From the NCBI GenBank assembly GCA_021825445.1, contig JAKAHA010000005.1, positions 21,316 through 85,315 on the forward strand: 64,000 nucleotides of DNA. The letters run 5' to 3'. How positions within the stretch are numbered: the first letter of the stretch is position 1; each line of letters starts with the position of its first letter. The notes beneath the pieces were generated by a model. It ran no database searches. It worked only from the letters and a program-made list of their open reading frames with translations, and was not told the origin of the DNA. This stretch comes from a bacterium. Its GTDB lineage: Bacteria > Patescibacteriota > Microgenomatia > UBA1406 > GWC2-37-13. Positions 46,876 to 54,525 of this stretch are shown here, one piece after another. Position numbers and translations under genes: made by a program.

Positions 46876-48087
46876 ATGATAAAGGAATTTATTCATCTTC
46901 TGACTTTTGCCTTAGAGGATTTTTCACGTAATAAGCTACGAACTTTTTTAACATCACTTGGAATAATGATTGGTGTCTCATCAGTGGTTCTTCTACTGGC
47001 TTTAGGATTGGGACTTAAAGAATATATACGTCTTCAGTTTGCAAGCCTTGGAACAAATTTAATTATGGTCATGCCAGGAGGTGGTGGAGGAGGCAGTCTT
47101 AAAAGTATGGGTTCATCAATGGTAGGAGGTATAAGTTTTGATAGTCGCGACACCGATAAAATTAAAAGAATAAAAAATGTCAAAGTGGTGGCACCGTTTT
47201 TTATTAAATTTTTAGAGATAAAAGGGGAGAGGGATAGCGAATATGTTGAAGTAGCCGCTTCAACGGCAGATGTATATTCAGTGATGAATTTGGAAGTAGA
47301 TCAGGGTAGTTTTTATGACAAGGCAGATGCTGATCGGGGTCTTAAAGTAATAATTATTGGTCCAAAAATTGCCGAAAAACTTTTTGGAACCATTGAAAAT
47401 GCGATTGGAAAAAAAGTTGATTTAGGCGAACAAAGTTTTAAAGTAATTGGTGTTCCAAAATCTAAAGGCGGGGGAGGACTTGGAGGAGCGAGTATTGACG
47501 ACCATGCATATATTCCTTTAAAGTCGGCAAGTGCCTGGAATCCTAATAAAACGATTTATGCATATTATATTAAGGCGTCGAGTGAAGAAGTTATTCCCGA
47601 GTTAAAAAAGGATATTGAAAATGTTTTGTTGAAAAGATATAAGAAAGATGAATTTTCAGTTGGAGAAATGACTGATATTCTTAACATGGTAAATCAAATT
47701 TTTGCGATGTTAAATTTGGTATTAGTTTCAATTGGGGCAATTTCTTTACTTGTTGGCGGGATTGGAATAATGAATATTATGTATATCTCAGTTTTTGAGA
47801 GGATTAGAGAAATTGGAATTAGACGAGCGTTTGGGGCGACCAATCGTGATATCATGTCTCATTTTATAAGTGAAGCGGTGTTTTTATCTCTCTTTGGTGG
47901 GCTAGTGGGACTAATATTTTCTTATTTGGTTGTTTTGTTGATTAGGTTATATTTTCCGGCATACATCGATGTCTGGTCAGTCATAATTGCTCTTGGAGTT
48001 TCGTCTGGAATTGGAATAATTTTTGGAATTATCCCTGCTAGAAAAGCCTCGTCTCTTGATCCAGTTGAAGCGATGAGATATGAGTAG
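46876..48087 (+). CDS. MacB/FtsX-type ABC permease, paralog 2
   Basis: 403 aa, colinear with the preceding permease (ERIREIGIRRAFGA, KSKGGGGLGG). Confidence 0.88.
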   Translation: MIKEFIHLLTFALEDFSRNKLRTFLTSLGIMIGVSSVVLLLALGLGLKEYIRLQFASLGTNLIMVMPGGGGGGSLKSMGSSMVGGISFDSRDTDKIKRIKNVKVVAPFFIKFLEIKGERDSEYVEVAASTADVYSVMNLEVDQGSFYDKADADRGLKVIIIGPKIAEKLFGTIENAIGKKVDLGEQSFKVIGVPKSKGGGGLGGASIDDHAYIPLKSASAWNPNKTIYAYYIKASSEEVIPELKKDIENVLLKRYKKDEFSVGEMTDILNMVNQIFAMLNLVLVSIGAISLLVGGIGIMNIMYISVFERIREIGIRRAFGATNRDIMSHFISEAVFLSLFGGLVGLIFSYLVVLLIRLYFPAYIDVWSVIIALGVSSGIGIIFGIIPARKASSLDPVEAMRYE

Positions 48088-48922
48088 TTTGGCATTTTGG
48101 ACAGAAAAAAGAGCTGCGACCGTTGTGTTTTATTCGTTTAATTAAGGTCTTACAGTTTAGGCAAGGTTCTCCTTCCCGCTCATAAACCAAAAAATTTCTT
48201 TGATGACCGCCACGTGATCCATCAGGAAGTATAAACGCCTCATCAGCCCCCGAGGAACCACAGTCTTTAATCCCTTGATTAATTGTTTGTTTAATTGTTT
48301 TATATAATAATTTTATTTCTTGATCTGTTAAAGAGTTCGATAATCTTTGCGGATGAATTTTAGCAAGAAATAGAGAATCGTTGGCATAAATATTTCCAAT
48401 GCCTGTTATAAAATCCTGATCCATTAATAGCACTTTGATTGGTTTGCGAGTTTTTTTGGCGATTGAAGAAACTAGTTCTGGAGTAAATTTATTATCTAAA
48501 ACATCAACTCCTTTTGGTTTTAGGGGTTGGTCACTTACTTTTATCCAGCCAAATTTACGCAAATCGTTGAAAAATATACCTGAGTCATCGGTAAATTCAA
48601 CAATGACTCTTGTTGTATTTGCTGGCATTTTGTTTCCGCCAGTAAAAGGAATTATGTTTTTAAAAACTGCGTGTTCGACATTTTTTGAAAAAAGAATTTG
48701 TCCGGATAATTTAAAATGAATGTTTAAATATTTTTTATTATTTAATCCAAAAACTAAAACTTTTCCATATCGATCAACGGAAATTATTTTTTGTCCAATA
48801 ACATCGTTTTTATTACCAATAAAATTTTTTGGGGAAAGAATTTGGATGTCAGAAATGACTTTTCCAATAACGTTTGGAGCAAGTTTACGTTTTATAGTTT
48901 CAACTTCAGGTAGTTCTGGCAT
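48038..48922 (-). CDS. mutM: Formamidopyrimidine-DNA glycosylase
   Basis: N-terminal MPELPEVE. Zinc finger CLNC...CPKCQ near the C-terminus. Confidence 0.9.
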   Translation of the reverse strand: MPELPEVETIKRKLAPNVIGKVISDIQILSPKNFIGNKNDVIGQKIISVDRYGKVLVFGLNNKKYLNIHFKLSGQILFSKNVEHAVFKNIIPFTGGNKMPANTTRVIVEFTDDSGIFFNDLRKFGWIKVSDQPLKPKGVDVLDNKFTPELVSSIAKKTRKPIKVLLMDQDFITGIGNIYANDSLFLAKIHPQRLSNSLTDQEIKLLYKTIKQTINQGIKDCGSSGADEAFILPDGSRGGHQRNFLVYEREGEPCLNCKTLIKRIKHNGRSSFFCPKCQTTHISSLQLDQETRLF

Positions 48923-49018
48923 GCGTAAAATTTCTAATTTCTAATTGACCTAATTAACCTAAACAATTCCCAATTGATTATTAGATATTTTTTAGATCAA
49001 TTAGAATAATTAGACAAA

Positions 49019-50152
49019 TTAGGTTAATTTAGATTTCACAAATTGCTTGATATTTTCTTCAAACTTTTCTTCTGTGAATCTCTCCGCTGTTTTTCTTGCT
49101 TCTTTTCTCATTTCCAGATATTTTTCTTTATTAAGTTTTTCAAATTCCGCAATTTTTTTTATAAGACTAGATTCGATTAATTGGTCAAATAGGAATCCGT
49201 TTTTTTCATTAATAACGTATTCAGGTATTCCACCAGAGCGAAAAGCAATGACGGGTAATCCATAACCCATCGCCTCGACTACCGCGATACCAAACTCTTC
49301 GTCACGGGATGCAAATAAAAATGCTTTTGCGTTTATATAAGTTTTTTTTAGCTCTTCGTCTGTCAGATTTCCTAAGAATTCAACAGTTTTACCAGCTATT
49401 TTTCTTAATCTTTCTTCATCTCGACCACTTCCTACAATTTTTAAATTAAATTTAAGTTTGTTTGAGGCTTTGATTAAAACATCGATATGTTTGGCTCGAG
49501 CGAGACGAGAAACCGTTAAGAAATATTCAGTTTTAAATTGTTGAAAATGGTTATAAATAGTTTTAAATAGTTTTGAATCAGAGATGTCAACCGGGGGGTA
49601 AATGACGGTAGAGTCGCGGCGGTAAAATTTTTCGATTCGTCTTTTTGTTTCCTCACTATTGGCAATTAAAAAGTCGGCTCGCTGAGTTGAAGTAAAATCC
49701 CAAATTCGCAAAAAATGATTAATAATATATCCATAAATTTTTATGAAAAAATATTTCTGCCATTCAATGGCTGTTTCATATCCATAAAGATAGCGTGGTG
49801 GATGGTGAATATAAGAAATATGAACGGTCGGTTTTTTAGTTTTAATTCCTTTAGACATCCAACTTCCACTGGATGAAATTACTAAGTCGTAACCAGAAAA
49901 ATCAAAGCTTTCCCAAATTAGAGGAGTCAGGAAGCGGAAGGGGGAGTAAAATCGGTTTAGAAGTGGGATCTTACCAAACCAAGAAACGTTGACTTTCCAG
50001 TCTTTAATTAAATTTTTATGAATGCCAAGAGAATTCAAATCAAAAGTTGTTGTATAAATATCAGCTTGGGGAAAGATTTTTTTTAAAGAAACCAGAACAC
50101 GTTCGGCTCCTCCAAATTCGCGTAATTGATCATGAACAAGGGCAACTTTCAT
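49019..50152 (-). CDS. Family 4 (GT-B) glycosyltransferase
   Basis: MKVALVHDQLREFGGAERV N-terminus and EEFGIAVVEAMGYGLPVIA motif. Confidence 0.88.
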   Translation of the reverse strand: MKVALVHDQLREFGGAERVLVSLKKIFPQADIYTTTFDLNSLGIHKNLIKDWKVNVSWFGKIPLLNRFYSPFRFLTPLIWESFDFSGYDLVISSSGSWMSKGIKTKKPTVHISYIHHPPRYLYGYETAIEWQKYFFIKIYGYIINHFLRIWDFTSTQRADFLIANSEETKRRIEKFYRRDSTVIYPPVDISDSKLFKTIYNHFQQFKTEYFLTVSRLARAKHIDVLIKASNKLKFNLKIVGSGRDEERLRKIAGKTVEFLGNLTDEELKKTYINAKAFLFASRDEEFGIAVVEAMGYGLPVIAFRSGGIPEYVINEKNGFLFDQLIESSLIKKIAEFEKLNKEKYLEMRKEARKTAERFTEEKFEENIKQFVKSKLT

Positions 50153-50190
50153 ATGTCTAATTATAACGTATCAGATCCTTGATATCGTGT

Positions 50191-50240
50191 TTTTTCGAAC
50201 GCCACACCCCAGGAGGGGACCCCTGGCGATTTTCTCAAAA
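50191..50240. repeat. GC-rich hairpin element, family 2, copy F3 (upstream of uppP)
   Basis: tttttcgaaCGCCAcaCCCCaggaGGGGaccccTGGCGattttctcaaaa. The flanks atcgtgtttttt and ttctcaaaa are also shared with F1. Confidence 0.7.
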
Positions 50241-50254
50241 ACAGATATCTGCGA

Positions 50255-51061
50255 ATGAATCTGCAAAAAATGATAAAATATCTGATGAATATATTTAATT
50301 CGTTGATTTTAGGACTTGTTGAAGGGATTACAGAATTTCTTCCAATTTCCTCAACTGCTCATTTGATAATTTCCTCAAAATTACTAAATATTCCTCAAAC
50401 GGAATTTCAAAAATTTTTTGAAGTATTTATCCAGTCCGGGGCAATTTTGGCGGTAGTAGTCATTTATTGGAAAGTGATTTTAAGAAACAGAAATTTAATT
50501 ATTAATATTATTTTATCTTTTATTCCAACAGCGGTTGTTGGTTTATTACTTCATAAAATAATTAAAGGAGTTTTTTTTGAAAGTTTTACTTTGATTGCAA
50601 CAAGCTTATTTATCATCGGATTATTATTTATTGTTTATGAATATTTATTAAAAAATAAATATGTTAAGGCAGAAAAAAAAATTATTCAGATGACAATTAT
50701 TCAAGCGTTATTAATTGGCGTTGGTCAATCGCTGGCGGTTGTGCCGGGAGTATCAAGAGCTGGGGCAGTTATTCTTACAATGTTGATAATGGGTTTTAAT
50801 CGTGAAGAGTCGGCTCTCTATTCTTTTGTTCTGGCAGTGCCAACGTTACTGGCAGCATCTGCTTTTGATTTTATTAAAACAAAACCAGAAATAATTTTTA
50901 CTGGTAATAATCCTTTGTTTTTGATGATTGGTTTAATTACTTCATTTTTCAGTGCAATGATAGCTATTAAATGGTTTATTAAATTCCTACAAAAGAATAC
51001 TTTAACTTACTTTGGAATTTATAGAATAGCTCTTTCTATTTTTACTTACTTAGTTCTTTAA
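50255..51061 (+). CDS. uppP: Undecaprenyl-diphosphate phosphatase
   Basis: VEGITEFLPISSTAHL and PGVSRAGA motifs, 8-TM pattern. The true start is possibly at 50285 (MNIFNS). Confidence 0.9.
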   Translation: MNLQKMIKYLMNIFNSLILGLVEGITEFLPISSTAHLIISSKLLNIPQTEFQKFFEVFIQSGAILAVVVIYWKVILRNRNLIINIILSFIPTAVVGLLLHKIIKGVFFESFTLIATSLFIIGLLFIVYEYLLKNKYVKAEKKIIQMTIIQALLIGVGQSLAVVPGVSRAGAVILTMLIMGFNREESALYSFVLAVPTLLAASAFDFIKTKPEIIFTGNNPLFLMIGLITSFFSAMIAIKWFIKFLQKNTLTYFGIYRIALSIFTYLVL

Positions 51062-51103
51062 TACTCCTGATTGATATAATATGAGAGTGGAATTTATATT
51101 GTA

Positions 51104-51174
51104 GGGCCTATGGTTCAACGGTAGAATGTGGCATTCGCATTGCCAAGATCCGAGTTCAATTCTCGGTAGGTCCA
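51104..51174 (+). tRNA. tRNA-Ala (anticodon CGC)
   Basis: Hand-folded cloverleaf. Acceptor GGGCCTA/TAGGTCC with the G3:U70 Ala identity pair. Anticodon stem TGGCA/TGCCA, loop TTCGCAT. T arm CCGAG-TTCAATT-CTCGG. Discriminator A. CCA is not encoded. Confidence 0.9.
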
Positions 51175-51204
51175 CACGAAATTTGATATAATCTCTGGTA
51201 AAAT

Positions 51205-51276
51205 GGATCTGTAGTTCAACGGTTAGAACGGTACTCTTATAAAGTACAGGCGATGGTTCGACTCCATCCTGATCCA
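51205..51276 (+). tRNA. tRNA-Ile (anticodon UAU)
   Basis: Hand-folded. Acceptor GGATCTG/CTGATCC with one U-U mismatch. D arm GTTC-AACGGTTA-GAAC. Perfect anticodon stem GTACT/AGTAC with loop CTTATAA. T arm GATGG-TTCGACT-CCATC. Confidence 0.8.
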
Positions 51277-51290
51277 CAGAATGTAGTTTT

Positions 51291-51363
51291 GCCGAGATAG
51301 CCAAGGTGGTCACGGCGGAGGTCTGAAAAACCCCAGATGCGTGTTCGACTCACGCTCTCGGCA
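51291..51363 (+). tRNA. tRNA-Phe (anticodon GAA)
   Basis: Hand-folded. Acceptor GCCGAGA/TCTCGGC. Anticodon stem GAGGT/ACCCC with one A:C mismatch, loop CTGAAAA. T arm GCGTG-TTCGACT-CACGC. The D arm GCC-AAGGTGGTCA-CGGC is atypical. Confidence 0.75.
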
Positions 51364-51389
51364 CCGTTTTTTGATTTGACAACATTTTT

Positions 51390-52898
51390 ATGCGAAAAAT
51401 TCCAGGTACGATGATTTCTCAACATCCGGACCATGGTAATAAACCTTATTGGCAAAAAAATGCTTTCATAAAAACTGGGGATGAAATAAAAGAATGTTTT
51501 TTATCTTTTTCTGAACTTGGAACTTCTGAATATAAGTGGGACTGGGAAGGGAAATATGTTGACGAATCAGTGATCGAGAAATTGTTGAGCGAACACCACG
51601 AATATTTTAAAAAAAATCTACTTGGAAAAGAAAAATTTTTAACTTTTAGATTACCTAATCCAAAAGTAGAAACAGAATTTCGGTTGGGACGAGCATTTAT
51701 GGGAATACTGGGCGCAGCTGGACTTGCCAAAAAAATTGGTCTTCATAGTCCGCCACTATTTGAAGTAATTCTACCAATGACTGAGTCAGCCGAAGAAATG
51801 ATTGCAATTCAAGAAGCTTTTAAAGAAATAGCATCGCTTAAACACGCTCTTTATGATTTTGGAGAAGAAAGCTTAAAGCATATTGAAATAATTCCGTTAT
51901 TTGAACAAGTGTCAACAATTATCAGCTCGCATAAAATTTTGGAAAAATATTTACAATTGCATAAAAAAATATTTAATTTTAAACCGCTATATATTCGACC
52001 ATATTTAGCTCGCTCTGACCCGGCTTTAAATTCAGGACTTGTCCCTACAGTTTTGGCTATCAAAATCGGACTTTCGCATTATCTGGATTTTGAGAAAAAA
52101 TATAATATTAAACTTTATCCAATCATTGGTTCGGCATCTTTGCCTTTTCGTGGAGGGCTGACACCAAATACGGTTGAGCAATTTTGTCATGAATACAGGG
52201 GGATAAAAACAGTTCTGATACAAAGCGCTTTTAGATATGATTATGAAAAAAAATCAGTCATAACGGCAATAAAAAAATTGGAAAAAATTCTTCCTTCAGG
52301 AAAAGCCGATTCAATTTCAAAAAAAGAGGAAGAAAAATTGGAAAAAATAATTTCTGTTTTTGAAAAATATTATCGAAGTTCAGTTGAGACAATCGCTGAA
52401 CTGGTCAACAATGTATCGGGATACTTGCCAAAAAGACGGGAAAGAGTCTTGCATATTGGACTTTTTGGATATTCTCGAGGCGTAGGTAAGGTGAGATTAC
52501 CAAGAGCGATTGGTTTTACTGGTGCTTTATATTCATTGGGAATTCCGCCAGAAATAATCGGGACTGGTCGGGGAATAAAATATGCAATTGAAAATAATCA
52601 GATAAAATTATTAGAGAAATATTATTTAAATATCAAAGATGATCTAAAAAAAGCTGGTCGATTTGTCCAAAAAGATGAGCTAATAAAATTAGCACATGGA
52701 GGATCCCAAGTTTGGAAAGATATTTTAAACGATATTGTAGAGATAGAAAAATATTTAGGAGAAAAATTTATACCAAAGACAGCCGCCGAAAGAGAACATT
52801 TTGTGCTTGTTAAAAAACTTCACGAAAAAATCGACTCTGGAAAAAATTATCAAATATATCTCAATAAATTGGCTGTTCTTAGGAAAAGTTTGGGATAA
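51390..52898 (+). CDS. ppcA: Archaeal-type phosphoenolpyruvate carboxylase
   Basis: N-terminus MRKIPGTMISQHPDH matches the characteristic atPEPC start (IPR-MSTQHPDN). The roughly 500-aa length fits atPEPC rather than the roughly 900-aa bacterial Ppc. Confidence 0.85.
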   Translation: MRKIPGTMISQHPDHGNKPYWQKNAFIKTGDEIKECFLSFSELGTSEYKWDWEGKYVDESVIEKLLSEHHEYFKKNLLGKEKFLTFRLPNPKVETEFRLGRAFMGILGAAGLAKKIGLHSPPLFEVILPMTESAEEMIAIQEAFKEIASLKHALYDFGEESLKHIEIIPLFEQVSTIISSHKILEKYLQLHKKIFNFKPLYIRPYLARSDPALNSGLVPTVLAIKIGLSHYLDFEKKYNIKLYPIIGSASLPFRGGLTPNTVEQFCHEYRGIKTVLIQSAFRYDYEKKSVITAIKKLEKILPSGKADSISKKEEEKLEKIISVFEKYYRSSVETIAELVNNVSGYLPKRRERVLHIGLFGYSRGVGKVRLPRAIGFTGALYSLGIPPEIIGTGRGIKYAIENNQIKLLEKYYLNIKDDLKKAGRFVQKDELIKLAHGGSQVWKDILNDIVEIEKYLGEKFIPKTAAEREHFVLVKKLHEKIDSGKNYQIYLNKLAVLRKSLG

Positions 52899-52944
52899 TA
52901 AATGCTCTTGATTTTTATTTTGAAAACTTTATTATTATTACATT

Positions 52945-54150
52945 ATGAAAAATATTAAAGTTTCGGGTAGGTTGTTGGAAGTTCCTGCGTCACCTATTAG
53001 AAAGTTAGTTCCCTATGCAACTGCGGCAAAAAAAAGAGGGATAAAGGTTTATCACCTCAATATTGGTGATCCCGATATTAAAACTCCAGAGGTAATGATA
53101 GATGTTTTGAAAAATTGGAAGGATAATCCAATTGCCTATGGTCAATCTCAAGGTCAACCAAAATTTCTTGAGTCATTAGTCGGTTATTATAAAAAACTTG
53201 GTTATTCGTTTGTGGAATCAAAAAATATTCAGGTGACAACTGGTGGATCAGAAGCGATCTCGATGGCACTTTTTGCAGTTTGTGCACCTGGCGAGGAAGT
53301 AATCACTTTTGAGCCGTATTACGCAAACTATAATTCTTACTCAAAGATAAATGGCGTAAAGATAGTTCCGGTTTTAACAAAAGGGGAGACTGGGTTTCAC
53401 TTGCCAGATAGAAAAGTAATTGAAAAGAAAATTGGTAAAAAAACCAAAGCAATTCTTATCTGTAATCCAAGTAATCCCACAGGAACCGTTTATACAAAGG
53501 AAGAGATGGAGATGTTGGTTTCGATTTGTGTAAAAAATAATTTGTTTTTGATATCGGACGAAGTTTATCGAGAATTTGTCTATGACGGAAAAAAATATTT
53601 TTCGATTCTTGAGTATATGAAAAAATATCCAGACAAAATGATTTTACTCGATAGTCTTTCAAAACGTTATAGTCTTTGTGGAGCACGACTGGGAATGATT
53701 GTCTCCCTAAATAAAGATTTAACCGACGGAGTTTTGAGAATGGCTCAAGGACGACTTTCTTCCGGGTATGTCGATCAAGCGATGGCTGAAAAATTAACTG
53801 AAGTCGACGACAGTTATTTCAAAGCAGTCCATAGAGAATATCAGACTCGTCGGGATCTTCTTTACAAAGGACTAAAGTCTATCCCTGGAGTTTATTTGGA
53901 AAAACCAGAAGGAGCTTTTTATACAATCGTCAAATTGCCAGTAAAAGATAGTGAAGATTTTTGCCAATGGTTGTTGGAAAAATTTAGTTACAAAAATGGA
54001 ACGGTGATGGTGGCACCAGCTGCCGGATTTTATGGAACTCCCGGAATGGGAAAAAATGAAGTGAGAATTGCCTACGTCCTCAATGTCCAAGACTTGGAAA
54101 AAGCGATTGAGATAATCGCCCACGCTCTGGTAGAATATAACAGGAAATAA
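52945..54150 (+). CDS. Class I/II PLP-dependent aminotransferase (aspartate aminotransferase-like)
   Basis: ICNPSNPTG and LDSLSKRYSLCGARLG (PLP-lysine motif), 401 aa. Confidence 0.88.
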   Translation: MKNIKVSGRLLEVPASPIRKLVPYATAAKKRGIKVYHLNIGDPDIKTPEVMIDVLKNWKDNPIAYGQSQGQPKFLESLVGYYKKLGYSFVESKNIQVTTGGSEAISMALFAVCAPGEEVITFEPYYANYNSYSKINGVKIVPVLTKGETGFHLPDRKVIEKKIGKKTKAILICNPSNPTGTVYTKEEMEMLVSICVKNNLFLISDEVYREFVYDGKKYFSILEYMKKYPDKMILLDSLSKRYSLCGARLGMIVSLNKDLTDGVLRMAQGRLSSGYVDQAMAEKLTEVDDSYFKAVHREYQTRRDLLYKGLKSIPGVYLEKPEGAFYTIVKLPVKDSEDFCQWLLEKFSYKNGTVMVAPAAGFYGTPGMGKNEVRIAYVLNVQDLEKAIEIIAHALVEYNRK

Positions 54151-54157
54151 ACCATAT

Positions 54158-54210
54158 GCGGGCGTAGTTTACCGGTAAAATGTCCCGCCTCGGCGGGAAG
54201 ACAACGGGTC
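54158..54210 (+). pseudogene. Truncated tRNA-Gly-like fragment (positions 1 to about 56: acceptor 5' strand, D arm, aberrant anticodon arm, variable loop, start of T arm)
   Basis: 54155-54182 is 28/28 identical to 54446-54473. It continues with the hairpin TCCCGC-CTCG-GCGGGA (not a 7-nt anticodon loop), AGACA (identical), and ACGGGTC versus GAGGGTC. No 3' acceptor strand follows. Confidence 0.6.
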
Positions 54211-54212
54211 AT

Positions 54213-54458
54213 ATGTTTACGGTTTATATTTTAAAGTCGAAAACAACAGGTAAGTTCTACATCGGTTGTACAAATAACATTATTAGAAGATTGCAAGAAC
54301 ATAACGCAAATAAAACACGGTCAATAAAAAATAAAGGACCATTTGAATTAATTCATCAAGAAAATTATAATAGCTTGTCTGAAGGAAGAATAAGGGAGCG
54401 AAAGATAAAGTTATACAAAGGAGGAAATGCCTTTAAAAAGTTGATTATGCGGGCGTAG
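54213..54458 (+). CDS. Small GIY-YIG nuclease-domain protein (catalytic domain only, 81 aa)
   Basis: MFTVYILKSKTTGKFYIGCTNNIIRRLQEHN...RERKIK shows the GIY, YIG, Arg and Glu motifs. The 11 extra N-terminal codons in the track ORF are encoded by the tRNA fragment. The last 3 sense codons and the stop (M-R-A-TAG) lie in the tRNA-Gly acceptor stem and positions 8-10. Confidence 0.85.
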   Translation: MFTVYILKSKTTGKFYIGCTNNIIRRLQEHNANKTRSIKNKGPFELIHQENYNSLSEGRIRERKIKLYKGGNAFKKLIMRA

Positions 54459-54520
54459 TTTACCGGTAAAATGCCTCCTTGCCAAGGAGGAGACAGAGGG
54501 TCCAATTCCCTTCGCCCGCT
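54449..54520 (+). tRNA. tRNA-Gly (anticodon GCC)
   Basis: Hand-folded. Acceptor GCGGGCG/CGCCCGC, discriminator U. Anticodon stem CCTCC/GGAGG, loop TTGCCAA. T arm GAGGG-TCCAATT-CCCTT. Note C where the near-universal U55 is expected. Confidence 0.88.
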
Positions 54521-54525
54521 CATTT

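Noticed and set aside
48038-48087. 50-nt convergent overlap between the second MacB permease and mutM
   Set aside because: It is probably just a roughly 20-aa C-terminal tail after the Fpg zinc finger (CPKCQ) in a compact genome. There is no structure or repeat in the overlap to suggest regulation.
51050-51455. Track ORFs 51050..51313(-) and 51237..51455(-)
   Set aside because: They run antisense across three well-folding tRNA genes and the start of ppcA, and are artefacts of the GC-richer tRNA sequence.
54180-54212. N-terminal MSRLGGKTTGH of the track ORF for the GIY-YIG gene
   Set aside because: These codons are the D-arm/anticodon-arm remnant of the truncated tRNA copy. GIY-YIG domains of this type begin at M-x-x-VYIL, so 54213 is the likely start.
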